A stretch of DNA of 64,000 bases from Psammoneis japonica (Eukaryota), in NCBI GenBank assembly GCA_008632985.1, contig QPGO01000044.1, positions 372,001-436,000 of the forward strand. The letters run 5' to 3'. The position numbers and the translations under genes were made by a program. Below, piece after piece: positions 25,201 through 37,500 of the stretch; position 1 is the stretch's first letter, and each line of letters starts with the position of its first letter. The notes under the pieces were generated by a model. The model searched no databases and was not told the origin of the DNA. It was given only the letters and a program-made list of their open reading frames with translations.

Positions 25201-27349
25201 TTCAATGGAGATGCTGCAGAAGCAACTCCTGAGGATGGACCAACAGCGCCGGTGTCGGGGACATTCTGAACTGGGTCATTGTTGTTTGATGAACCACCTG
25301 CAAATGGCAAATCTCTGTCTTGCAATGACTCAACTGCATTGTCAGCTGAAGGTTGCGACTGGGAGGCAAGCATGCTGATGGAGCAATTGGCAGCTGGAAG
25401 GGCATTGGCTGTGGTGCTGGTTGGCTGAGCAACAGGATTCTGGTTGGTGTTGTTTGTGGATGAAGCAGGCGGAGGTGCCAGAGAACCAGCCGACACAGTG
25501 GAGGACTCCTTGCTCTTCTTCATCCTCTTGGTGGAAGAGACAAACTTTGCCTTGGCTTCACGGGAAAGGTGTGGATGCATGAGATTGTGGACACGTGACC
25601 GCACAATTGTCAGGTTGTGGAACTAAAAACAATTCATGTCCTTGCAGGAATGCTTGAGGGTGGAGTGGAGCTCACGTTCAACCAACTCTTGGCATTTTTG
25701 TGCCACGCCTTTTGCAGAGGCATGTGTGTTGATGCAAGCCTTGACACATTCCACATGGTTGGCAAGGATCTTCTTGGCAACCTTCCCATCCTTCAACTTC
25801 TGACCTGTGCTCATCAGGGCAGAGCATTGTTGCAAAACAGCACAAACTGTTTCCTCTTTTTTCAGCTGGAAAAAATGATGATGAACCAGTGTCAAAAATC
25901 ACTGAACTCTTTGTTGATGTGAGGCAGAAAGCAACAATCCATCATGGGGGCAGCGGTGCTCAGGCATTGTGCAAAAAAGCCCAACTTGGAATGGAAGCTC
26001 TGATGATCCACAGGAAGCAAGGGTCATTGCCAAGTTGACTGTGCACTGTCATCTTTCATAAATTGTCAATGATTGCACAGAGATTTTTGCCAAACTGGGG
26101 CAGATTGGAAAAGGTTTTGGCCAGCTTGCGGTGCTCCAGAACACACCTCCCATCTTTTTGGCAGAAACACAACCACAGCCACAACTTTTCACAGAATGAA
26201 AGCCATTTTTGCTGCCAAGAGAATGGGCAACTGTGTCATTGACCATCAACACTTCCATGAAGAAATGGGGGGGCTCGATTCATTCTGGCAGTTGCAATGA
26301 ACAAAGGGCAGAGCAATGAGGTTGGGGGAGGGAGTCTCCATTCAGAAGTCTCAAGAAAGTGCTGATGACGGCGCTGTGTCTCGATCATTTTTTTTAAAAT
26401 TGAGCCTTGGTCATGTGGGCGCCGCCAACACCGTTGGCGCACACTTTGGCTTTGTCGTCCGGCACAGAACCATCCCTTTTGTCCAAAGAATCATCGTCTG
26501 TGTTGTCTTCACTGGGAAAAGAAAGATTGCTGGCACAACCATCAAGGTCTCCAGATGCAGACAGTGCCCTGGCATGAGAGCTGCCTTGGCTGGTTGAGTT
26601 GTTGCCATCAGACATGGAGTCATTGTCAGAGCTGAGATTGATGTCATCAGAGAGGCTTGCTGCCACATTGGAGGGAGACAAAACATCGAGCAATGAACCG
26701 TCTTGGTCAGGAGATGTGACAAAGCAGAGCGCAATGCCAGTTTCACATTTGGTGTCACATGCTTGAACAAATCATCAGAGTGAGAAGAGAGACGTTGCTT
26801 TCACTTGGGCATGACTTTGAGCCAGGGCATGATTGCAACAGCAGGAGAGGCAAACTGCCATGGGCAATCATGGCATGAACAACGGACACAGAATCCTGCA
26901 AACTGCTGGTCACACTGCTTTGACAGCTCTGCACTGATTCGCCAAAAACACAGGCAATTGGATCTGCAGATCACAAGCAAAAGGGAAAAATGTCCCATGC
27001 ACAATTGCTCAGGCAAGTGGTGGAAATGAAACATTGTGACTCACCAGGAGGAGGGGTCTTGGAGGGAAAGCAAAAAAGGTGAAAATTTGGCGGAATGATT
27101 GGCACCCATCATGAGGACAGAAATGCAGAACTTTCAGCAAAAATGCCACACACAATTTGAAAATGAATGTTTTTCAGTTGGAACAAAATGCAGCTGTTCA
27201 TGGTTCAGGCAATGATGCAGCCATGTGACTTGGCATGTTGAATTGAACAAAATGTGTCTGGGTGCAACACAAGTGCAAAACACACCAATCAGCAAAGAGA
27301 GTGTGAACAAAACTGTTTCACTCCTGACAAGTGAACATTGAATTTAATC

Positions 27350-27369
27350 CGGGGGGGGGGNGGGGGGGG
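27350..27369. repeat. Poly-G run containing an N (possible assembly join)
   Basis: ggggggggggnggggggggc. Confidence 0.85.
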
Positions 27370-30300
27370 CAACCAATGTTTGTGCAAGTGCGCATGCCAT
27401 GAGATGGTGGGGTTCAATGACCTGTGACTCAAGGCCTTTTCCATTGGTTTTTGATGACTGTTGAGGGGGAGAAACAGCTGAAAGCAAAGAACAGTCAAAC
27501 ACAAGATTGCACGTGGATGCTTGGCTGACCAACACCACCAACAAAAGCAAAAAACCAGCAAAAAGCTCATGCAGTGACAAGGTGGCAGCATTCATCAATG
27601 ACAAAACAGACTGTTGGGGGCAATGCTGTGTTTGCAACAGATTCAGAGTCTGCCCCAAACTCCCCCAGGAGCTGTGGCAAGCACATCATGGGCTCCCTGG
27701 TGTGTGGCCACTGGCAGCTGACAAGTGCACCAAACAACGCACTGCAGCTGCTCTGCATCAAGTGACAGATGTGTGGGTGGATGGCTGGTTGGATTTGGCA
27801 AAATCACCTGATTTTGGTGAACTGAGAATCTAGACATCCGGGTTCCTTTGGACAGGTTAGACAGCCACCACCTGCGCTGGTTGCTTCAGGTTCACACATC
27901 ATCACCTCATGTTTTTGTTTGAAGCTGCACGTTGTCATGGTGCATGACGTGGCATTTTGAAGTTGCACCCCTTGCAATGTTCAGAGCAGCAAAAAACAGA
28001 GCATGCCCCACCACAGGACTTGATCATTTGCAGATCAACAGCCACAACATTGACCAAGATGAGAGTGCAGTCACACCGCTGTTGAGCAGTGCTTGTTTTG
28101 ATGGCTGTTCTGGATTTCTTGGCACTGTTGATTGTTGTGCCACATTTGGACACACAACATGTTCCAGTCCCAGGTGACACACAAAATGACAATCCATTTT
28201 GAACATGAGTTGCATGTCTCTTGTGTGTGAAGCATTTGAACATGAAATGCTTGGGGGCAGATGGCTTTTGCAGGTGCTTGGAGTGTGCACACATGCAGTT
28301 TTCTTGTTGGCATTCAATTCCTCATGGGACATGTGTCACAAACTCTCTCTGCAGACTCAGCGCTGATTGCATGTCAGTGCATTGGATGCAGATTTTCAGT
28401 TGCAGGTAGAACACCTGCCAGAAGGTCTTGCAAAAAAAATTGTTTAATTTGGCATCCAAACCATTGCAACAATTTTGCCGAAAATCATCCATTGTGTTGC
28501 GATTCATTTGTTGCAATGAAAACACAGACAGTGCAATGACAATCACATTGCAACACTGATGCGAGCATTGCCAGTGTTGCAAAACATGCAAATTTGAATG
28601 AATCCACACTTTTGGTGGTGAAAGCTTGTTTGCAAGTGAGAGACTGCACAAAAATTGCACAAATGTTGTTTTTGTGCACGATTTGGGTCAAGTGCGGCTG
28701 GAACACGTTGCACAAACAAGCAGTGTGTTTGCTGACTTCTGCAGGGCTCTCACGACCGCTGTGCAAATGAGTCTGCAATCAATGGGTTTGTTTCTGCTGC
28801 AGATGCAATTGTCAGCATCTAAAGAATGCAGGTGTGTGGATGGCATCATTTTTGTTTCTGTCAGTTTTCCATGACAGATGCAGAAAATGATGCTCTGATT
28901 TCCAACGTCAACAGCGCGGATCTGTCCCCATGGTGGGAGCCACCCTTGACAAACAATTGGCTTTTGGAAAAGCATTTTCATGGGGGCCCTTTTGTCATCA
29001 TTCCTGAGAATTGCACGCTCCTCACACAAACTTTCCCACCAAAAATGGGAATGACAGCAGAGAACATTGAAACAACCAATTGAACAAATGACATTTGTTG
29101 ACATCAATCTTTGCTTCAAATTTCAACATTGTCATTCTCATTTTTGGTTGCGTCAATTTACATTCAACATTTGAAAGAGGATTCTGAAGTTCTTTGCATC
29201 CAATGCATGTGAAAACACTTTTTTGATCTGAAGTGATTTCTGCTGTGGGGAGAGATCCCGACAGGGATCAGTGCACCGTGCATGACACAGAGAAAAGGAA
29301 CAATGGAATTTTTTTTCAAAGAGAGAAGAGGAGCCAACTCATGCAGCAAATGCAGTTGTTGGATGCTGCAAGCTGCACACAACAGCTGGTGCCTTGTTTG
29401 GAACATTTTTTGCTTCCTCATCAAAGTGGCAGCAGCAACCACAACACCTTGCTCATTTTTGCTGCGCAATGCAGCATGTGGTGTGCTTTGTCATGGGACA
29501 GTGCATGAAACCAAAAGTGCAATGGATGGGAGCTCCCAACCATTGGCAACTGGATCCATGAGCTGGTTCCAAATTCATGCTCAAATGGACTGGAGCGGCT
29601 GTCCTTCGTTGTGTCTGCACGCCATCTGCACGGAAACTGATTTTGCCACCAGCGGACACTCTGACTGGCCAACCACCCGTGTGCACCAAGGAACACTGCT
29701 CCACTCTGACAATGCTGTTGCCAATGGACACTGCAGCACACCTGAGACTTGGTGACAGCTTGTGTGTGCAAGACATGAGTGCTCTTTGGACCCTGACTGA
29801 GGAAGGTTGGTTGTTGGAATTGTGCAAGCGGCTGCTGTCACAAAGCACACCACCATCACAACAGAGATTGACGGCACTCGTTTCCAAAAGAGTCTTGTGA
29901 AAGTGCAGTGGAGGAACTGCGCACAAGCTCAAATGCTGCTTGTGTGAAAGTGATGAGTGGTTCATCCCATCATTGAGGCATGGGGCACAACCCATGCAGC
30001 AGAAAGTTTGGCACAGACAGCACGTTCTTGTGTTGAGACAGCTCTTGTTCCTTTGTGCAAAAGCATGGCTTTGAGGCTCACCTCCACCCCAAAGGCCGCA
30101 CAAGCTCACACATGCAAAGTGATCCATTCAACAACACCAAGCAGCACTGCAAATGAAATGACAGAATGATGAGAATGACTCAGCAGTCAATTGACTGATG
30201 ACAGCAAACCTGAAAGCAGCAGCAACAAATCACAGCAGTGACATTTTGACACAAAAGTGTGCACTGCTGCTTCATTGTTTTCAGATGCATGAACAGGACA

Positions 30301-31518
30301 TGCCAAAATTGCACCCTGAAAATCAAAAAAACATGAGGGCACTGACAGGCAACAAATGTTGGGGCAAATGTCCAGAGCCACGGCTGGTGATGGCCGAACT
30401 CCAACAAAGAATCAAGTGACATCAAATGCCATCTCATGCCCCACTGCCCTCGTTGGCAATGTTGTGCCAACCCAATGTGCACCCAAAAAAAGGAACAATG
30501 ACAAAATTTGTCAGCAAGCTTGATCTTTCTAGTGTTGCTTTGCCATTGTTGACTTTGATCGTGGTTGCAAAAAAGTCCTTTGAAGACTGGCACAAGCTGA
30601 AGAAGAGAAGAGCAGAGATGACAGAAAAGCTGGACATTGTTGTCAAGATTTGGGAGCCGTGGCATGAGCAAGGCCAGCCATCAGTGACAAAGGGAGCCTG
30701 AAAGTTCATCTGACAGCAGGCTTGATTTGCGAAAAAGCGTCTTGAAATCTGGGAGACAGAGGTGCTTGGAGGTTTGCGCAAGAAATTGCGCAGCAACATG
30801 CTGCCTGCTGATTGCACAGATTTCCATGCAACATGAAATTATCCACATCCACATTTTGGACGCGTTCCAGGTCTAGGTGGGACCTCGCACTGCTGAACTG
30901 TGACATCGATAGTTTTTTGAATCACGTCGTATGTCGCGCACGTAGATTTCTACGTGATTTTTTCGATATTTTGTGTCATTTTACGGTACATTTAATGAGC
31001 GATCCGTCCAACAACTTTTGACATTTTTTGTTACAGCGCGATTCTATAATGTCTTAAGAATCGCGTAGGGCAGGCGCATTTGCAAAAACGTCGAGTGGCA
31101 AGAGGCATAATTGTACCACAAACTTGGCAGTTATTTGATGTTGAAGATAAATATATCCATTAATTAAATTCTCGTACTACGGAGCTCGCACGTAGAATTC
31201 TACGGGCCCAATGTCACACGGAGTCCCACCTAGGACTGGAACCCGTCTTTGGACCTCTTGTCTCCCGAACGCTGGGGCGTGAGGTAGAAGGTCATGCAAA
31301 AAATCATGTAGAAGCATGCCACTGTAGTTGCTGATTATGTGGATTTCGACATGTGACAAAAAATTATCCACATCTTCAATCTGCAGCACTCTAGAGACCT
31401 CTGATCTCCCAAACGCTGGGGAGAACACTCCAAAGCAAGCAAGGGAACAAGAACGAGGAACACAAGAAGAAGGATGGCCACAATGGAGACAGAGCCAGAA
31501 ACACCGATGCAAATGCAA

Positions 31519-31700
31519 ATGGCCATCCCTGATGTCTTTTTGTGTCATGCTGGCTGTGGAGGACAAAAGGCGGGCATCGTGTTGCTGGTCTACGAAGAAT
31601 TGAAATGCCGGAGCATCACAAATGTGTTCTTTGACAAAGAGAGCTTGAGAAAATGGAACATGGAGACATGACAACACTGGATGCTGCCATGCCAATTCTT
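31519..31700 (+). pseudogene. TIR-domain N-terminal fragment
   Basis: MAIPDVFLCHAG..QKAGIVLLVYEELKCRSITNVFFDKESL resembles the TIR start DVFLSH..D/K..L...L...VFFD. Confidence 0.7.
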
Positions 31701-31759
31701 CATTGAAATCTTCCAAAACCCTTCCCATGCAAGATTTTTGTCCCACTCATCAACCACCC

Positions 31760-32200
31760 ACAGAGGGAGCACTGGCAAGAATGTGATCTGCCAGATGTGA
31801 AAAGGGCAAACTCTGCAACTGAACATGCCAGTGCCCCACAGTGTCGCCACAAGCAGAAACATTTTTTCCCCTCTGAGTGGCATGCTTTTCAAGCCTGGTC
31901 GTGTCACAAATGAAGCGTGCTGTGACACAACCCTTTGTCAAGAACTCACAGTTTTTCACTGCACAACTCACACCTGACAAAGACACCAACAACACAAGCA
32001 CATGCAATGCTGTTGCCCTTTGACTTTTGCAAAAGGCACCCTCTCCACCAACACAAACCTGCTGCACACACACAACAAGACAAAAGCTCTTCCTTTTGAC
32101 AAACCAACTTTTCTCCATGGGCACCCACATTGACTGGAACAACAGCTCTGATTTTAAAGCCACAAACAGCACTTGCTTTTTCTTTCTTTGTGGACTTTGC
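31760..32200 (-). pseudogene. Hypermutated copy/paralog of the AIM24 gene at 38764-40144
   Basis: Collinear with 38850-39320: VVPVNVGAHGEKLVCQKE vs [40 protein letters not shown] vs [22 protein letters not shown]. Confidence 0.92.
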
Positions 32201-34570
32201 TGCTCGAACCCCTGTCTTGCCCACTCGGAGCAGCAACGCATGAGCTGTGACTTTTTCCAGAGCATCAAGTGCCACCACAGCCATTGTCATCCTTGTTGCT
32301 GAAGGCAGCAGCTGAGTTGAAGGCTCCAGAGTGTTTGCTCTCTGTGAAGGCATCTCTGGCCATCTCGGGAAATTTGGTGGCACAGCAGTGGGAGGGACAG
32401 CAGCAGCTGATGTTGTGTTGCTGTGGCACAAAACACAGAGCAAAAAAGCGACTCTCCTTTTCACCAAGAAGCAAAGCAAAGTTGTAAAAAGAACGGAACA
32501 AAAAAGTGGTGGAGGCAGACGGCCAAGGGTGCCCCAGTCTTTGATTCTTGAGAATCCTGTCACTGCCACCAAAGAGGTGAATTCTTGTGAATCGGTGAAC
32601 CTGATTCACGAGAATGCGTGACTCACACATCACATGTCACATGCTGTCATTCACAGACACATGTCCGGTCACGCAGGCAGCTCTGATTTCATTGAAAAAA
32701 GAAGAGGAAAAGGAGGAGAAGAGGAGAAAACACCACACGTTCAATTCACATGCATGACGGCCAGATGTTTTACGACATTCCTGCTGCTGCAAGAAAAGAC
32801 TGAAACAACAAACCAACCATGATGCAGCAACAACCAATGCTTGATCTTGCCACCAAACCTTTTCCTGCCAAAAATGCCAGTGCATGACATCCACAATTTG
32901 CTGTGACAAAGTGTGTCAATGGCAAGAGATGTGAGAGAACACACCCAAAAATGGGCAACAAAAGCTCCTTCCTGCTGCAGCTGCGCTGCTGCCCAGACTC
33001 CAGATTTTCACAACTTTGATGTTTCTCTTTGGCAAGCATGGCAGTGAAAAGAGAGGCACCAGTGTGCTGCCAGAAGAAAAAACTCAAGCAAGCGTGGCAA
33101 ACACAAAGGCCCTTTGCATGGCTTTGCCACAAGACTCAGGTTCTCAGCTCTCACAAATTGTGCACTTCAATCCAAGTTTGCACTTGACAGATTGAAGACT
33201 GACTCTCAGCAATCAGGTGTCAGGTTCTGCTGTCACACTGCACCTGTGAGCGGCAGCGCCAAGGGCTGCTTGGCAGCCCAGCAGCCAGCTCTCTGTGAAA
33301 GAAAATGGTTGCAAAAGGAAAGGATCTGCCTGCTACAACACAAGAGACAAGCAATCAAGAGTGCATTTTTCTGTGATTTGGTGTCAAAGGAAATGTGCTT
33401 GTTTGTGAGTGCTGTGCTGGCAAGATCAGCTGTGGGGCGCAGCCAAGCCAAGCCACCATCACAGCAGGGGCTGGCCTCCTCTCATGATGTTGGCACTGGG
33501 AAAGATCATGCAGCTGTGACACTGCAGCAAATTGGCATTTCTGTCAGCTCTGCATGAAAAAATGATTGCAAAAGGAAAGGAGCCATCTGCAGTGCAAGAG
33601 ACAAGCAGCAGCCAAGCTTCCTGTGTGGCGGTGTGGGGGACTGCTTGAAGCACTGCAGCAGCTGTGCTCTGTGCTGGCCATCCAACAGAGATGAAAGGAC
33701 CATGATGTTGGCTGCAAGATGAAAGGACTGTGTTGTTGGTCACAACTGGCGCCAAACAAGTGCGGGAAATTTTCCTTTCACAATCCGAGGAAATCTGGGG
33801 CTGAGAGAGGAGGAGCCCCCCCGACCCAAAACCCCGCTCATGCTCACATCTTGATTCCCCCCTCATTGGCTTGTTAAATGAATGAAACAAAGAGGCTTTC
33901 CTCTTTTGTTTTGTTGCACAATGTGTGCCAGATTTGCCACGCCAACTTGAGCTTTTGTGGGCTTGCTTCGAGCACGTCACACTTGAAGAAACCCCCCATG
34001 GCAGCACATCTTTTTGTCCTTGAGAAAGTGCCCCCCAATGGTGTCTGCCTCACTCATTGAGTGCATTGCACAAAAAGAGGTGTTTTGGTAGCCAGAGGCT
34101 CTGGACAAATCAACTTCTAGATGAAAGGATCATGACGGTTGCAACTGCACATTGAATTGCTAATTAATTTTTCCTTTTCTTAGTTCCTTGTATTTCCTTG
34201 TCTAGGGAAATTCAGCGCCAAATAAGGAATTCCCTGTGATCGAAAACCCTAAAATAATGATGCAGTGATTGGTACGTTGACAATGATTCCGTCTGTGGAG
34301 TCGCTATCAAATTCGTACCGGAAAACCATTATGTGTGTTTCTACTTGTCGCTATCAAAATGGAATTGTGTCGTTATCAAATTCTACACAAACCCTGGTAC
34401 ATTTCCTACACAGTTTATAAAGAGCTACCAGTACCTACGTACGTACCCTGGACGATTGCCTTTTGGTGCGAGGTTCTCGCTTCTCGCCGAACAGCAGCAA
34501 GCAGCAAGCGAAGCGAGAAGTAGCAACATCTTCTCTTCATGCTTCGTCTTCCTGCCTGCATCTCGACGAA

Positions 34571-37500
34571 ATGAGACACCGAGAACTACGACAGGATCCG
34601 GCGTCTCACGCTCTGTGGGCGCTTTTAAGCGGGACTGTCGGAGCGATTGCCGCTTGTTTTGGCAAGTTAGCTTTTTGGTTGGCCAGGAAGGATGGGGACG
34701 CGTCGCTGTGTCCGACGGCTTTTGTTACGCTGTGGAAGGACTGTCTCATGGGCTCATCACTAAGCGAGAACACATCATCCTCGCTCGACCTCGACTTCCC
34801 CTCATGTGCACTGACCTGGATCCAGTACCATGGATGGACTGTGCTTGAGTGCCTTTTCTGTATCGGGGTGTTGCTTGCCAGTAATGCGGGCAGGCTGAGT
34901 TATTGTTTCGTTGGTGGTATAGAGGAGTGCGACAATAACATTGAAGGAACGGCGTTGGCTACTTTCCTCGTGACTTCATTGCTCGGCCTCGTTCTGTTCC
35001 AGGATTTTTTCGACACTGGCTGCAGCGACGGGATGGAGCGAGCCTTGAATTCTTTCATCGTAATACTCGTCACGGCTCTCGCGGCACCCAGGCGCAACCC
35101 AAAATATGATACGACATGGTTGCACGACGGAAAGAGGAAGCAAGTGGGAATTCTAACCTTGCCGAACGCTGGGCGGCGTTGGCCCATGAGCTCGAAGCCT
35201 CTTGTTTTCATTTCTCACACTGGACATGATAACGTCAAAGAGGATATTGGGAGGCCGACGTACTGGTACCTGAAGAATATTTTGCAAGTCGACGCCTTTC
35301 TTGATGAGTCATCAACGACGACTGGGGATACCAAGTTGGAAGCGCTCGTTCCTCCTGCATACCAGTGTACTCATGCCTTGGTAATTCTGTCACCCTCATA
35401 TATCAAACGCGAGTTCTGTGTCAAAGAACTTAATCTCTTCATGAGACGACTGCGCAGTAATGATGGGATCCGCGTGCTTCCGGCTCTATGGTTGATAAAA
35501 AATGCAGATGGTTACCATCCAGATGTAGGAGACTTGATATGGATTCGTCACGATACGCCAGCTGCAATCAAGTATATGGTTCAGACGCTCTGGCCGGAAC
35601 TGTCACTTCTGTTGGACAAAGGCGAAATCTCAGAACGCAAATGCGAGGAAAGCCTTGTGAATTTTGTGGAAGAGCACCGTCGTGGGCCAAAGAGAGCTTC
35701 CCAAGATCAATTGGAGTTTGCAATGGACCGCGCTTTACCGCAGCTTGTCTCCGAGACAGATAGCGTGTCCTCTTCCTCCTCATCTACATCATCAGAGAGC
35801 GACAGTTTGGTGGCAGGAGTCATGTTCTCGAGAATCTACAAGGATGAAGACCGTGAATGGAACACAAGAGTCTACAAGATGAAGCGCCAAATTCAGTACA
35901 ATCTGAGATTGATTACGAAATACGGTTATGTAAGAGATGGCGATATTTATATGAAAAAGAAGGGCCTGTTTCGAGGCGTTGTAACGCTCAACTGCCGAAT
36001 CGAACTGGGAGAGAGTTTGACGGACAATGACCGAAAAGAAGTCATCGAGGCTGCTAAATCGATTGCCAGAATGCTACGCGAGGCCGGAACAACAGAGGCC
36101 GAATTAGAGCACATCATGGTTGGACATGCATGGAAAGGATCGCTGCAGATTCTCCTTGAGGCACGCACAGCTACTTTCGAGACCCTGTTTGCATTGCTTT
36201 TGAAATCTGGGTTTAACATGCCTCTTCATAATGGCATGGCACTGGTTGATTTGACACCGGCATTCGTGGTTCGCGGTGCCCTGCTAAAGTCAATTCCTGA
36301 CAAGCGAACTGATGTTTTGCTCTTGAAGACAGAAGAAATTGAATTTTTGCTCCCAACGTCGCCATGGTCCAGAAGTGAACTCTTGTCTGGTGGCATACCG
36401 TATGGGGATTGGGAAAACCCGAACATATCGGTACAGAAACAATTTTTGACGACGTCAAACTCATTGGAGGTCGTTGACGACACACCCACAGAATTCAACT
36501 TACACTCGAGGTGGCTTCAAGAGAAAAAGGCTGTGGGCGAGGTTCTTAAGCAACGGAAGAGGGAGCGAGGACCGCCCAAGGAGGGCGACGATGAAGATGC
36601 CAAAGCTCGCAAGGATGAAGAGGAAGAAATTAAGAAACTAGATGATGCTCAAGACTTCCGTGATTATCATCAACGCAAAATCAGAGATCATCTCGAAACA
36701 ATCAATGACTACCTAGGAGTGGGAAAAGGCTTGAAAGCTATTCTCTTCGGAGAAGAAAGCTTTTTTGTCAGGAAACAACGTATTCGAGATTGGGCGGAGA
36801 TTATGAAACAGGCTGAGATTGCCAAAGATGCTAAGTATCCCGGCTACTACGAGGCGAGAACGGTCGATACCGCTCGAATTGGCTGCCTTGTTTTTGTGAA
36901 ACGGGTGTGTACCGTTGCGGAAAAAGATGCGGTGGATGAAGGAAGAGAAGTGTCCTACAAGGATTTTTTTGGTACCCAAGAGTTGCAGACGATTCTTGAG
37001 ACGATTCTTCCAATGGACAAGGCCAACGCGCTGTTCAAAATAGACGCACTCTGGTATTCAGCGGGTTTCATTGGCGAGAAGTGGAATCTCACGAACGACA
37101 CGCAATCAGATCAACTCATTGAATTGCAGAAAATAAAAAAGTGGAGAGAGATACGGGAACGGAGAGAGTTACCCAGCGGAAGACCGGATGGCGCAATCAG
37201 CGGCAAGATCTTTCGTTTGGTATTTCACCCCACCGAAGGGTTCGACCACCTCAAGTGCTGGCTTCGGCCCACCGTGCCTCCGGACTTCAAGCCAGATTTC
37301 GACCTTCGCTGGCGAGATTGGCTGCATTGGATTTCATCCCTCATCACTGTCCTGTGGCTACTTGCACTCCTCCTTCTTCCAGCAAACATGGACTTAATCT
37401 GCAAACTCGGCGTTAAGGATAGTGCATCCGCTCGATCCCCGACCCTTTCTTCTACAATGTCAGAAGCGTCAAGCCTCACCATAAATGATCGAGACAGGAA

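Larger units (their letters stand above)
19690..30890. other. Hypermutated block 2
   Basis: About 11 kb nearly free of TAY/RTA and poor in CpG; spurious Tyr-free ORFs in all frames; contains transposase and WW fossils. Confidence 0.9.
31380..34140. other. Hypermutated block 3
   Basis: Same dinucleotide signature; contains TIR and AIM24 fossils. Confidence 0.88.

Noticed and set aside
23400..29100. Assigning a TE superfamily (Helitron, Plavaka, Harbinger) to the long fossil ORFs
   Set aside because: No diagnostic motif recognisable by eye after hypermutation
19690..30890. Alternative genetic code or a foreign/viral insert explaining Tyr-free ORFs
   Set aside because: The bias is frame- and strand-independent, and the blocks contain frameshifted copies of host genes
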